64,000 nucleotides of DNA from Candidatus Bathyarchaeia archaeon (GTDB lineage Archaea; Thermoproteota; Bathyarchaeia; Bathyarchaeales; Bathycorpusculaceae), in assembly GCA_049516875.1 (NCBI GenBank), contig JBEKSS010000014.1, positions 1 to 64,000 of the forward strand. The letters run 5' to 3'. Both the position numbers and the translations under genes were made by a program. Below, in pieces: positions 33,898-43,122 of the stretch (position 1 is its first letter; every line of letters begins with the position of its first letter). Under the pieces are notes generated by a model. It worked only from the letters and a program-made list of their open reading frames with translations, ran no database searches and had not been told where the DNA came from.

Positions 33898-34812
33898 TTA
33901 TTTGCGTTTTCGGAACATCATTATATTTTGGGGCGTTGTCAGAATGTATGTCCATCCGTTGTCTATTAGTTCGCCTGCTTCTTTTTCGTCTTTGGCTATT
34001 GCATGGTGGTAGTTTTGGCTTTCTTCGTCAAATTGAACTATGTGAGTGTAAACCATTGTTGAGTTTATGTTTCGGTGTCCTAGTCTTGCTTGAACTTCGA
34101 TTAGGCTTTTGGTTTCGTTATAGAGACGTGTGGCGTGGTAGTGTCGTAGAGTGTGGAAATGTATTTGTTTGAGTCGTGGGTTGTTTAGTTTTTCAGCGAG
34201 GCGTTTCTTTTGATAATTGAACATGGTCCGAGTGAAGCCTAAGCGGGTGTTGCTGAATATGTAATTGTTTCGTTTCGGTAATGTGTTGAGTCGTGCAAAT
34301 AGCTTAGCTGAGATTTTTACTTCTCTCGGTTTGCATCCTTTTTCAGGGTTGTTGCATTTGAGTGTGTTTTTTTCTTCGTCTATGTCTGTCCATTTGCATT
34401 GCCATAGTTCGCCTATTCTGAAGCCTGTTTCTTTGAGTGTTTGGAGTGCAATGGAGACTTTTTTGCTCGTTCCGCTTATGAGTGCGTCTATCTCTTTTTC
34501 TGTTGGAACGAATGGGAGTGTTTCATTTTTGGGATAGAGTGGTGGTGTCCATTGGATACCTTTCATTTTGGCGTATTCGTTGTAGGTGAAAACTGCTAGA
34601 TTCTTGTGTCCGTTGGACCATTTGCCGTTTCTTTTTATGTAGAGTTTTACGGCTTCGGGGTCTGCTAGGTTTACGTTCTCTTTTATCATGTGTCGTAGAA
34701 TCTTGTATTTCGTTTCGATGGTTGCGTCTGCGAAGGCTTGTTTTTCGCAATGTATCATAAACTCTGCGAGGTCTGTGTTTGTGATGACGTCAGAGCAGGC
34801 GGGTTCCTTTGA
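33898..34812 (-). CDS. Tyrosine integrase D, catalytic part int(C), frame open back through the att core
   Basis: ETGFRIGE, PEKG, HTLRH, LGHR, TMVY; upstream in frame KAGYDQHASLSKEPACSD, first ATG at 34758. Confidence 0.92.
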   Translation of the reverse strand, partial: SKEPACSDVITNTDLAEFMIHCEKQAFADATIETKYKILRHMIKENVNLADPEAVKLYIKRNGKWSNGHKNLAVFTYNEYAKMKGIQWTPPLYPKNETLPFVPTEKEIDALISGTSKKVSIALQTLKETGFRIGELWQCKWTDIDEEKNTLKCNNPEKGCKPREVKISAKLFARLNTLPKRNNYIFSNTRLGFTRTMFNYQKKRLAEKLNNPRLKQIHFHTLRHYHATRLYNETKSLIEVQARLGHRNINSTMVYTHIVQFDEESQNYHHAIAKDEKEAGELIDNGWTYILTTPQNIMMFRKRK

Positions 34813-34846
34813 AAGGCTGGCGTGTTGGTCGTAACCCGCCTTTTGT
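34813..34846 (-). repeat. att copy D, the 3' end of the intact rnpB
   Basis: Identical to 4867-4900. Confidence 0.95.
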
Positions 34847-35133
34847 TTTTTGTGGCATTCGGCTAATCGGGCTACCCGCGCCTTCCGGTAGATTCTTCAT
34901 CGGCGTCTGTTTGCCCTTTCCACTTGCAGGACGGCCGTTTCACCGTTTCGCACCCTGCATTCTCGACAACTTAGCATGTGTCATCGGCATATGCCGGGCG
35001 GACGTTTCGTTTCTGCTCCGTAGCCAAGGTTCTCACCTTACGCCCTTGCAGGCGTTGCAATTCTACGCGTGGGCGGAGTTTCCTCAAGCCTTCCAATATG
35101 AGGCTCGAAAGCCACACACCAACTCGCCAGCCC
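34814..35133 (-). ncRNA. rnpB: RNase P RNA
   Basis: GAGGAAACUCCGCC (35085-35072) pairs with ACAAAAGGCGGGUUA as P4 with bulged U; P1 GGCUGGCGAGUUGGU/ACCAACACGCCAGCC; P2 UGUGGC/GCCACA; about 320 nt. Confidence 0.95.
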
Positions 35134-35157
35134 AACAGTAACTATCACATCAGTCTC

Positions 35158-35172
35158 CAATAAGAATTTTGG
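35158..35172 (-). promoter_or_regulatory. Candidate BRE/TATA for rnpB
   Basis: CCAAAATTCTTATTG about 25-35 nt upstream of P1. Confidence 0.5.
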
Positions 35173-35300
35173 CACCTATGTACTTCCTGACTTATAGTCC
35201 GAGAAAATGGCATATTGAGTCAAGTTGGAGAAACGGGGGTCGCACGCGCAACCTATTTAAGAATCAAGGCGCACCACACCGATGATCTGGTGCACTAATC

Positions 35301-36686
35301 ATGAAAAGTATGACACGATTAGTCTTGGGCGTTGTTCTTCTCGCCGTCTTCATCTCAACGTCATGCATTCCGTTCGGCTCCGCCGCGACGACAGGATGGA
35401 GTCAGACATACGGAGGCTCTGGAGACGACGAAGCCTATTCAGTCGTCCAGACCAGCGACGGAGGCTACGCATTGGTAGGGTACACGAACTCTTCCGGCGC
35501 GGGCAGCTACGATTTCTGGTTAATCAAGACCAACTCTTCCGGAGGCATGCTGTGGAACCAAACCTACGGAGGACCAGGTGACGATGAAGCTTATTCAGTC
35601 GTCCAATGCAACGACACGGGATACGCAGTAGCCGGGTACACGAATTCTTACGGTATCGGTGAAACCAATGCTTGGCTGGTTAAAACTGACTCTTCTGGAA
35701 ACATGCAGTGGAGCCAAACGTACGGGGGAAGAGCGGAAAACATCGCATACTCTGTAATCCAAACAAGCGACGGAGGCTATGCGTTGGCAGGATACACAGA
35801 TTCCTTCGGTGCGGGCAGCTTCGACTTCTGGCTTGTCAAGACCAACTCTTCCGGAGGCATGCTGTGGAACCAAACGTACGGTGGGACAGGGGACGATGAG
35901 GCTTCCTCCGTAATCCAGACCAGCGACGGAGGCTATGCGTTGGCAGGATACACAGATTCCTTCGGTGCGGGCAGCTATGATTTCTGGCTGGTTAAAACCG
36001 ACTCCTCGGGAAACATGGTGTGGAGTCAGACGTACGGAGGCTCAGGGGACGATGAAGCTGGCTGGGTGATTCAGACCAGTGACGGAGGCTACGCTCTAAC
36101 CGGGCTCACAAACTCTACTGGAGCGGGCAGCTATGATTTCTGGCTGGTTAAAACCGACTCCTATGGAACGTATCTGTGGAGCCAAGCCTATGGAGGAGCA
36201 TACGACGAAGTAGCAAACGCGTTAGTTCAGACCAGCGACGGAGGCTATGCCCTAGGAGGTTTGACAGGTTCCTACGGCGCCGGCGACATTGATTACTGGC
36301 TCGTCAAGACCACATCTTCCGGAAGCACGCAGTGGAGCCAAACCTACGGAGGATCAGATGACGATGAAGCGTATTCCCTAGTCCAGACAAGCGACGGAGG
36401 CTACGCGTTAGCCGGATTCACAGCTTCCTACGGCGCCGGCAGCTATGACGCCCTTCTAGTCAAAACCGACTCCTCAGGAAACAGTGTGATGCCACAGTCG
36501 CCACCATTCTCCATCCCATATGCTGCCATAGTGATAGTGTTGATTATAGTGGTCATAATAATAGTGGTAGTGGTCATAGCCCGCAGCAGGCGTTCCAGAT
36601 CCGACACAAGCACCAGTCAACAGTACCCGCCCACAAGCCCTGAAATGAAACCGACACAAGAGACGCGCGGGGCGCAACCAAGCTGA
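35301..36686 (+). CDS. Secreted beta-propeller repeat protein with C-terminal TM
   Basis: About seven WSQTYGG...QTSDGGY...DFWLVKTD repeats. Confidence 0.9.
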   Translation: MKSMTRLVLGVVLLAVFISTSCIPFGSAATTGWSQTYGGSGDDEAYSVVQTSDGGYALVGYTNSSGAGSYDFWLIKTNSSGGMLWNQTYGGPGDDEAYSVVQCNDTGYAVAGYTNSYGIGETNAWLVKTDSSGNMQWSQTYGGRAENIAYSVIQTSDGGYALAGYTDSFGAGSFDFWLVKTNSSGGMLWNQTYGGTGDDEASSVIQTSDGGYALAGYTDSFGAGSYDFWLVKTDSSGNMVWSQTYGGSGDDEAGWVIQTSDGGYALTGLTNSTGAGSYDFWLVKTDSYGTYLWSQAYGGAYDEVANALVQTSDGGYALGGLTGSYGAGDIDYWLVKTTSSGSTQWSQTYGGSDDDEAYSLVQTSDGGYALAGFTASYGAGSYDALLVKTDSSGNSVMPQSPPFSIPYAAIVIVLIIVVIIIVVVVIARSRRSRSDTSTSQQYPPTSPEMKPTQETRGAQPS

Positions 36687-36785
36687 CAACAGGTTCTCAA
36701 AAAGGTTAGAGTTGATTCAAACCTCGCCGTTGTGGAAGCCTTATTTTCTGGCTAGCCCAACATAGGCCTGCAGGACTGTTCAAAC

Positions 36786-37373
36786 ATGTCCAAACGTGTC
36801 ATCCTCGTGACTGGGACGCCGTCCGTCGGAAAAACCGTTACGGCACGTCTGCTCGCGTCCAAGCTCGACGCATTGTACGTCGACCTAACCGATCTCGCCC
36901 TGAGAAACAACCTGGTTCTGGGCAAGGACGAGAAAAGAGACACTGTCATCATCGACGAAAGGAAGATGCGACGGCGAATCAGTCAGATTATCGAGAAAAC
37001 GGGAAAGAACGAAATCGTGGTCGATGGACACTACGCCGTCAACGTCGTTCCACAGAAACTCGTGACTCTCGTGTTCGTGCTGAGACGTGACCCTGTTGAA
37101 CTCCGAAAATTCATGGAACAGCGCGGTTATCCGGAGCCGAAACTCGTGGAGAACCTTGCCTCAGAAATACTCGACGTGTGCCTCGTAGACGCTTTAAACG
37201 CTGGATATGAAGGGAGAACCTGTGAACTGAATGTTACGGGCAAGAAAACAGAGGAAACCGTCAAGGCGATGCTGGAACTGATGGCCGATCCCAGCAAGTG
37301 CGGCGTGGGCGTCGTGGATTGGCTGGGCAAACTCGAAAACGAAGGCCTACTCGACGAGTACCTGAAAATCTAA
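36786..37373 (+). CDS. Adenylate kinase, AK6/Fap7 type
   Basis: GTPSVGKT, VVDGH, RGY...K..EN..SEI. Confidence 0.88.
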   Translation: MSKRVILVTGTPSVGKTVTARLLASKLDALYVDLTDLALRNNLVLGKDEKRDTVIIDERKMRRRISQIIEKTGKNEIVVDGHYAVNVVPQKLVTLVFVLRRDPVELRKFMEQRGYPEPKLVENLASEILDVCLVDALNAGYEGRTCELNVTGKKTEETVKAMLELMADPSKCGVGVVDWLGKLENEGLLDEYLKI

Positions 37374-37378
37374 CCGGT

Positions 37379-37741
37379 CTACCGTAGGCTTGAGGATATC
37401 TGCCTCTTCGTGAGCAGCGTGATTTTCCTTCGGTTTGCGTAGGATTTTGCGTGGTCGCTGAACTTTTCGCCCACTATAATGGGGCTCGACAGCCCCACAT
37501 CCTCAGAAGCCTTGTCAATGTTTATTATGACGTTGACGCCTATGGTCCTGTTCCAATCTCTAATCCAGACTCCCTGCTCAACACGTCCCTTCTGAACTAT
37601 CAAATCAAACTTACTTGAAGTCCCGCTGAAACCCTCAAGCGTCGTAACGTTCTGCTGCATCTTGTAACCCTCCTTCTTAAAATAATGCACCGCCGCCTGA
37701 ACCAGAGCTGATTTCGGTTTGGCTTCTTGCTCGTTGCTCAT
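37379..37741 (-). CDS. Mrr-like restriction endonuclease-fold protein
   Basis: G.SG....FDL, FS..AKSYA....ITL. Confidence 0.65.
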   Translation of the reverse strand: MSNEQEAKPKSALVQAAVHYFKKEGYKMQQNVTTLEGFSGTSSKFDLIVQKGRVEQGVWIRDWNRTIGVNVIINIDKASEDVGLSSPIIVGEKFSDHAKSYANRRKITLLTKRQISSSLR

Positions 37742-37808
37742 GCGCTCTTTCCTCTTCGCACTAAGCGTTATCTAGTTGATTGTGGAAAAGGCTTTCGATT
37801 GGTGAAAA

Positions 37809-38028
37809 GATGGCTCCGACCCTGATAATCGTGTGCAGCAGATGCGGTGGGCTCCTCCTAGCTAAGGCTGACCAGAAAACAAGAAGTTGCCCGCACTGCG
37901 GCTTCACAATCCTCCTGCAGAAGGCACAGAAGCTCGGTTCGGCCAACACGGCAAACGAGGCGTCAGTGATGCTGCGCAAAATGAAAAGCGATGCCGCCGC
38001 AAGGGAAAGAGGACTGCAAACGTCTTAG
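37809..38028 (+). CDS. Zn-ribbon protein, DUF1922-like
   Basis: CSRCG...KTRSCPHCG. Confidence 0.7.
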
Positions 38029-38046
38029 CACAGGCTGCGCTTTACA

Positions 38047-38997
38047 TCACTTTATGTATTTGAGTAGCTGGCACGTCCTGCAAACCTTCTCTGTCGTGGG
38101 TTCTCCGCATTCGATGCACTCGTTCAACCCTTCCCTTTTCGCGGTTTCTTCGAGTGCCGGCCGGATTTTCTCTATCGACTTGAAAATGGTGAATTTTATT
38201 CCAGGATGCTTCTCTTCCATCATGTTAAGCATCGCACGCGCGTCGTTCCTCAAGGCCTCTGAAGCGTAGGGGCACCGGGTGCTCTGGAACCTTATTCCCT
38301 TAACGTACGCGTACAATGCAGTTTCCCTCTCGGGAATCTCGCAAAAAGGCTTTATTCTCCTCACAAGCTTGGGATGCACCTCATCCGTGACCGGCTTCTC
38401 CTTCGCTATGCGCAGGACGTCACCGTGGAGAATGTTCAAAAGAATCGTCTGCGTCTCGTCATCCAGCGTATGGGCTGTTGCAAGCTTGTTCGCACCGATT
38501 TTTCTAGCAGCCGTGTTCAACGCTTTTCTCCGCAAGACGCCGCAGTACGCGCACGGCGTAAGCTTCATATCATCCTTATCCTTCAAGCGTCTCACCATCC
38601 GGTCGAACGTAAGGCCAAAAAGCTGTTTGAAAGAAACCACGCAATGCTCAACATCAAGCTTCTCACAGTTCTCTGCCGCTATCTTCAACGCTTCATCCCG
38701 GTACCCTCTGATCCCCTCATCAACCGTCACCGCAACAAGCCGAGCCTTCGGATGCCTCAACTCTATCCTCGCTAAAACATGCAATAAGCCAACACTGTCT
38801 TTCCCTCCCGAAACGGCCACAGCTATCCTGTCATCAAACCTGAACATCCCATACTTCGCAATCGTCGCCCTCGCCTTCTCCTCAACAGAACCGACGAAAC
38901 ATCTCCTACAGAGACCCACCCCAGAGTAAGGCCTAAAGAAAAACGCTTCCCTCCGACTACACACATTGCAAACGGCAGTGTTAACGCTCAACACCAT
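38047..38997 (-). CDS. tRNA 2-thiolation protein, TtuA/Ncs6 (TIGR00269) family
   Basis: SGGKDS PP-loop, CAYCGVLRR, ATAHTLDD, CPY, terminal Zn fingers. Confidence 0.92.
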   Translation of the reverse strand: MVLSVNTAVCNVCSRREAFFFRPYSGVGLCRRCFVGSVEEKARATIAKYGMFRFDDRIAVAVSGGKDSVGLLHVLARIELRHPKARLVAVTVDEGIRGYRDEALKIAAENCEKLDVEHCVVSFKQLFGLTFDRMVRRLKDKDDMKLTPCAYCGVLRRKALNTAARKIGANKLATAHTLDDETQTILLNILHGDVLRIAKEKPVTDEVHPKLVRRIKPFCEIPERETALYAYVKGIRFQSTRCPYASEALRNDARAMLNMMEEKHPGIKFTIFKSIEKIRPALEETAKREGLNECIECGEPTTEKVCRTCQLLKYIK

Positions 38998-39116
38998 TCA
39001 CTCTGCAAACATACCTTTCCAGAACTAATAATGCACACAACAAAACTAAAGTACATTTTGCCCATGGCCCACACAACATGACGTTTGGAGTCTAAGAAAA
39101 TGCGGTTACGTCTAGT

Positions 39117-39905
39117 TCAAACAGAGTCTGGATAAATTAATTCTTTCTTATCCTTCTTTCTGAGGTTTGTCTTTTTTCTGCAAAGCAAGAGATAACTTGT
39201 TGTTGCCATGACAAGTAATGGTGGCATAAGGGACGTTGGGAACTCTGGGACAACACTGCTCCAATGGACAGTTAGCTCAGGAGCATAGTCCGTTAAGTTA
39301 GATACGGGTGCTTCCTTAGAATCGAACGCAACGGGTTCACTAAAACCATAAGACGGCTCAAGAACTATTGTTACTGTTTTAGCGGTGCCATTCAAAGCGT
39401 CTCTGACAGCATCAACCACGCTCCAATTGTACCATTCATAAGAGGTTCCAACCGTTACCGAGTCCATTGATGTCATATTGTAGCTCGGCATATTGGAATA
39501 TGTCAACGTCAGCTCCGTCCAAGAATCGTTAGAACATGAATGAGCATTAATATCGAATGATGTCATTATATCAGGTACCGCGATAATCTCACCATTCTCA
39601 TACAAGTGAAGTGTAGCCTCGTCAACTACTGCCCCGTCTGGAATAGAAGACAGGTTGAATTTCAGCCACACTATGCTTTCGGAGGTTTCATTATCAAGCA
39701 CAAATAGATAATTCTGGAATAGAAGATCTTCTCGTCCTCCCAAGATATAGTCTGGCATGTCAGAATCAGCGTATGTATCATCTGTTGGCTTGAGTCCAAC
39801 TTGTCCAGATTGAGCAAAGACTGTTCTGAACCTAAAAGAAGACAACAGCAATACCAGGCCTAGAACAACTACAAGTTTTCTAAAATCAACTTCCTCTCGT
39901 CTCAT
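39117..39905 (-). CDS. DNRLRE-like domain surface protein with PEF-CTERM
   Basis: DDTY, LKFNLS, W.E..LTY.N.P, FDSKE, VPEFP. Confidence 0.8.
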   Translation of the reverse strand: MRREEVDFRKLVVVLGLVLLLSSFRFRTVFAQSGQVGLKPTDDTYADSDMPDYILGGREDLLFQNYLFVLDNETSESIVWLKFNLSSIPDGAVVDEATLHLYENGEIIAVPDIMTSFDINAHSCSNDSWTELTLTYSNMPSYNMTSMDSVTVGTSYEWYNWSVVDAVRDALNGTAKTVTIVLEPSYGFSEPVAFDSKEAPVSNLTDYAPELTVHWSSVVPEFPTSLMPPLLVMATTSYLLLCRKKTNLRKKDKKELIYPDSV

Positions 39906-40141
39906 TTTCCGAAGCCCCCCTCTTTTCTGTTCAGTCGTCCTTCAGATATAAAACTTTTAATAAGACGTAATAGAAGCCGATTTCATGCTTCAGCGCGCGC
40001 TAAAATCCCTTCAGCCCACAACCCAAACACTCCCAAAGCGCACTTCACATAAGCAAGCTCCAAGTCAAAACGCGCACCGTTCAGCACCCGTTCATGGAAA
40101 CCCACCTCACTTCACCGCAAGCTCTCAATTCCATGACAAGA

Positions 40142-40286
40142 TTTTGAGTCTCAAAGAAATCATGAATTGAGTACTCAAACAAAAGGACTCAAAACCTAAC
40201 ATCGCATCAACATGCCACAACAACGTTTTGACACTCAAAGAAATCACGGGTTGAGTACTCAAACACAAGGGCTCAAAACTCAACAT
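40142..40286 (+). repeat. Two copies of a ~61-bp double-palindrome repeat
   Basis: TTTTGAnnCTCAAAGAAATCA....TTGAGTACTCAAAC.....CTCAAAAC..AACAT at 40142-40202 and 40226-40286. Confidence 0.9.
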
Positions 40287-40435
40287 TGAACCGCCAAACA
40301 TGAACCTTCACACGCCTCCACCCAACATCTCATAGCAGTGTCTCGCAATCCATGCACCCCAAACCGTTTATCATCTGTTTTCCCAGCACTACTAAAATAA
40401 ACCAAATGCATTACTCCTTTGAAAGAGGCTGAACA

Positions 40436-41146
40436 ATGGCGAAGAAACCCGTGAGACGCTCAGAGTACAGAGATACAGTCTACAACAGTGAACGCTGGGT
40501 TCTACTCGAAGAGTTAAGAAAGAAAGCCATGCAACTGATGAACGTTCTGGGAAAAGCCAATCTTGAAACAGTCGTGCACGGCAGCATCGCAAGAGGAGAC
40601 GTTACCAAGAAAAGCGACATAGACATTCTCGTACAATCTCAAGCATCGTCCTTCGCCGTCGAAGCAGCCTTGGAAAAAGCAAACATATTCGCATACAGAC
40701 GTTTGGTCGTGCAGGCTACACCCTCTTACGCGATGAAGGCACACATCGAAATCGACGAGGCGACAAGCGTCTCGTTTCCGCTCATGAAACTGCGCAAGGT
40801 TGAACGAGAGTTCTACAAGTTCGGCGGAGAAGCCGACCTACAGACTTTAAACGAGGGCTTGCGCGTACCCGGCGTGGACAAACGTTTGATGCTCGTTGAA
40901 CCCACCATAAAAGGCCACCGTGAAAGCGCCATTGTCGGACGTGAAGAACACGCTGCAAAACTGCTCGGAATATCCGTTGAAACCGTTCTAGACCGGGTGC
41001 ACGCTCTGCTCAGAAGAGACACCGTTGGCAGAACCGGAGTCTTCATAAAGCACGAATTGTCCGAGAGAGAGACGTTTGAGATGGCTCTGAGGCGGCTTGC
41101 AGACAGGAACCCTGCTGTCCGCCGGCGACTAGAAAGCCTGTATTAA
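40436..41146 (+). CDS. Nucleotidyltransferase, COG2413-like
   Basis: HGSIARGDV...SDIDI, EFYKFGG, GVDKRL, GRTGVF. Confidence 0.88.
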   Translation: MAKKPVRRSEYRDTVYNSERWVLLEELRKKAMQLMNVLGKANLETVVHGSIARGDVTKKSDIDILVQSQASSFAVEAALEKANIFAYRRLVVQATPSYAMKAHIEIDEATSVSFPLMKLRKVEREFYKFGGEADLQTLNEGLRVPGVDKRLMLVEPTIKGHRESAIVGREEHAAKLLGISVETVLDRVHALLRRDTVGRTGVFIKHELSERETFEMALRRLADRNPAVRRRLESLY

Positions 41147-41150
41147 GCCT

Positions 41151-41723
41151 CTATTCTGGGTAGAAAATGAGGTTTTGTTCTTCCAGTATCGCTTGAAGCT
41201 TGCCAACTGCCTCATAGACGTCCTGTTCTTTCTTCGCGCCCACGCACACCAGCTTTCCCGCTGAGAATATGAGGAACACCACCTTCGGTTCGTCCATTCT
41301 GTAAACCGCTCCTGGAAACTGTTCAGGCTCGTACATCACCTTTTTGAGTTTGTAAACGACGTTCTCCAAGTCTATTTCACCGTTTAACTCCGCAGAAGCA
41401 ACGACGTTCTGCACGGTGATGGCCGGCTTGTTAGCGATTGGTATTCCGTGGCTTTTCAGCTCCTTCGTCACCTTGTTCACCGCCTGTATCGCTTCCTTCT
41501 CCGATTTCGCTCCTGTGCAAACCATCTTACCGGTTTCAAATATCAACGTGGCTGTCTTGGGCTTCTTCAACCGGAAAACAAGTCCAGGGAACACCCTTGG
41601 ACTGTACTCAGCGTGCGGAAACTTCTCAACAATCATTTTCAGGCTTATTCTTTGGTTGAGCGCTGCCGAAGCAACTATGTTCTGGATGTGTATGGACGGT
41701 TTTCTCTTGGCCATTCTATTCAT
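41151..41723 (-). CDS. tbp: TATA-box binding protein
   Basis: Two repeats NIVAS/NVVAS, YEPEQFPG, LIF..GK.VC.GAK. Confidence 0.97.
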   Translation of the reverse strand: MNRMAKRKPSIHIQNIVASAALNQRISLKMIVEKFPHAEYSPRVFPGLVFRLKKPKTATLIFETGKMVCTGAKSEKEAIQAVNKVTKELKSHGIPIANKPAITVQNVVASAELNGEIDLENVVYKLKKVMYEPEQFPGAVYRMDEPKVVFLIFSAGKLVCVGAKKEQDVYEAVGKLQAILEEQNLIFYPE

Positions 41724-41817
41724 CTCAAACCTGCACCATAGGATATAGTAAGGCTTTATATAATACAGTTTTTATTTGAAACGATGTTTTTCTGCCTCTC
41801 GAAAGAGAACCAGATCA

Positions 41818-42927
41818 TCATCGACTTGAGTTTTGGTAGAGCGAGAAGCGAAGAAGTGCAGCCATGCCGCCGAGTCCGCTGAGCTGAGTTCCTGCCTCGT
41901 GTTCAGTGCTGACAACAGTTATCGTGCCGCCTTTCTGCTCAACCGTTTCCATCATCTCTTCAATGAGCAGACGCTTCTCATCACTAGACTCGCGGAGCAT
42001 CTTGTCCGTCAAAACAAGCCTTTCAACGGCGCCGAGCCCTGCCGTTCTCTTGACTTCTTCAAGCCCGTAGGCAACTGCTGCTTCGTTTTTTCCCAGCCTT
42101 TTCAAAACTTCTTCAACAACCCCCGTTTCCTCGGCGATCCGCAGCTGTTTCATGGTTTTCAGCAGCACACCTGAGCGGAGCGCCTCATGTAATCCAGCGA
42201 TGCCCCCGTTGTTGACGCTTTTCACGTCTGCCACTGAGCCTGCAACGTCAGCTGCTTCGTTTTCCACGAATCTTGCGAAGTCGTTCTTGATGAAGCCTAC
42301 GCCGATGATTGCTATCGGGCTACGTGCTGGTGTCCAGACTTGACGCAGACTGTTCAGCGCCTTTCTGAAATACTCTTTCGTGGCTTCGCTTCTCTTGTCC
42401 GTCTCGAGCTTTCCAGGAAGTCTTATCCTCTCTTCGACCCTTTCCTCGATTCCATACTGAGCCGTCGTTGCGATCAAGTAGCCTTCATCGTCTATTGAGA
42501 TTATTATGATGGACTTTTCAGACGTTCTGCTGGCTCTTTTCAGCCTTTCAACCTGATGTCTCGCCCAAGCTTTCTTCACGATGGTGATCGGCGTGTTCAA
42601 AGTGATGTTGAGCGTGTGATGCGCACCCGTGGGCACCGTTTCCGGCGCGTCGCAGATTGTGCCGTGCACCCTGAGCCTGCCCAAGAACTTGTCCCAACCG
42701 ACATCTTCCACGTTGATTCCCAGAAAAACAGGAACTCTCTCCCCCCGTTTGGGTCTGCCGTATTTTTTATCGACCTTGAGTTCCCGGGTCGTGCTCGCGT
42801 AGACTTTGTCGTTTTTGTATATGACGTTGTACAGGTGCCAGAAGTCGTCAAGTGTCTCAGGGATTACCTTCGCAAAACCTTTCTTGAGGTTTATCTCCAA
42901 AATCTTCAAAATCCCTTGCCCTCGCAA
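41818..42927 (-). CDS. pelA: Pelota mRNA surveillance protein
   Basis: PETLDDFWHL, RLRVHGTI, GAHHTL, LGGMAALLRF. Confidence 0.95.
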   Translation of the reverse strand: MRGQGILKILEINLKKGFAKVIPETLDDFWHLYNVIYKNDKVYASTTRELKVDKKYGRPKRGERVPVFLGINVEDVGWDKFLGRLRVHGTICDAPETVPTGAHHTLNITLNTPITIVKKAWARHQVERLKRASRTSEKSIIIISIDDEGYLIATTAQYGIEERVEERIRLPGKLETDKRSEATKEYFRKALNSLRQVWTPARSPIAIIGVGFIKNDFARFVENEAADVAGSVADVKSVNNGGIAGLHEALRSGVLLKTMKQLRIAEETGVVEEVLKRLGKNEAAVAYGLEEVKRTAGLGAVERLVLTDKMLRESSDEKRLLIEEMMETVEQKGGTITVVSTEHEAGTQLSGLGGMAALLRFSLYQNSSR

Positions 42928-43122
42928 CTTGGCTGGTTAACACTCAATACTCTTCTCCTCATATTAAAAATCATAGATTCATCAGGCGTGAATCAACCAA
43001 CCTTCATGTCGAACAAATGCTGTTTTGAATGGGGGGGGTGCCCCCTCACAGTGTTTTGGTTTTCTACTAGATTGTCGAAAAGTCTATCAGTGTGTCTTGT
43101 GTAGCTTCTGCTTCTGACTTGC

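Larger units (their letters stand above)
26126..34846 (-). mobile_element. Integrated rolling-circle plasmid/virus-like element at rnpB (8,687 bp unit)
   Basis: Direct repeats C and D, int(N) at one end and int(C) at the other, HUH Rep, regulator. Confidence 0.8.

Noticed and set aside
26126-34846. Calling the element a complete provirus
   Set aside because: No capsid, spike or packaging ATPase gene was recognised.
34809-35163. ORFs 34809-35141 and 34978-35163
   Set aside because: Antisense to rnpB.
35301-36686. Near-identical DNA repeats as DGR template/variable regions
   Set aside because: They are in-frame beta-propeller blades, and no reverse transcriptase is present.
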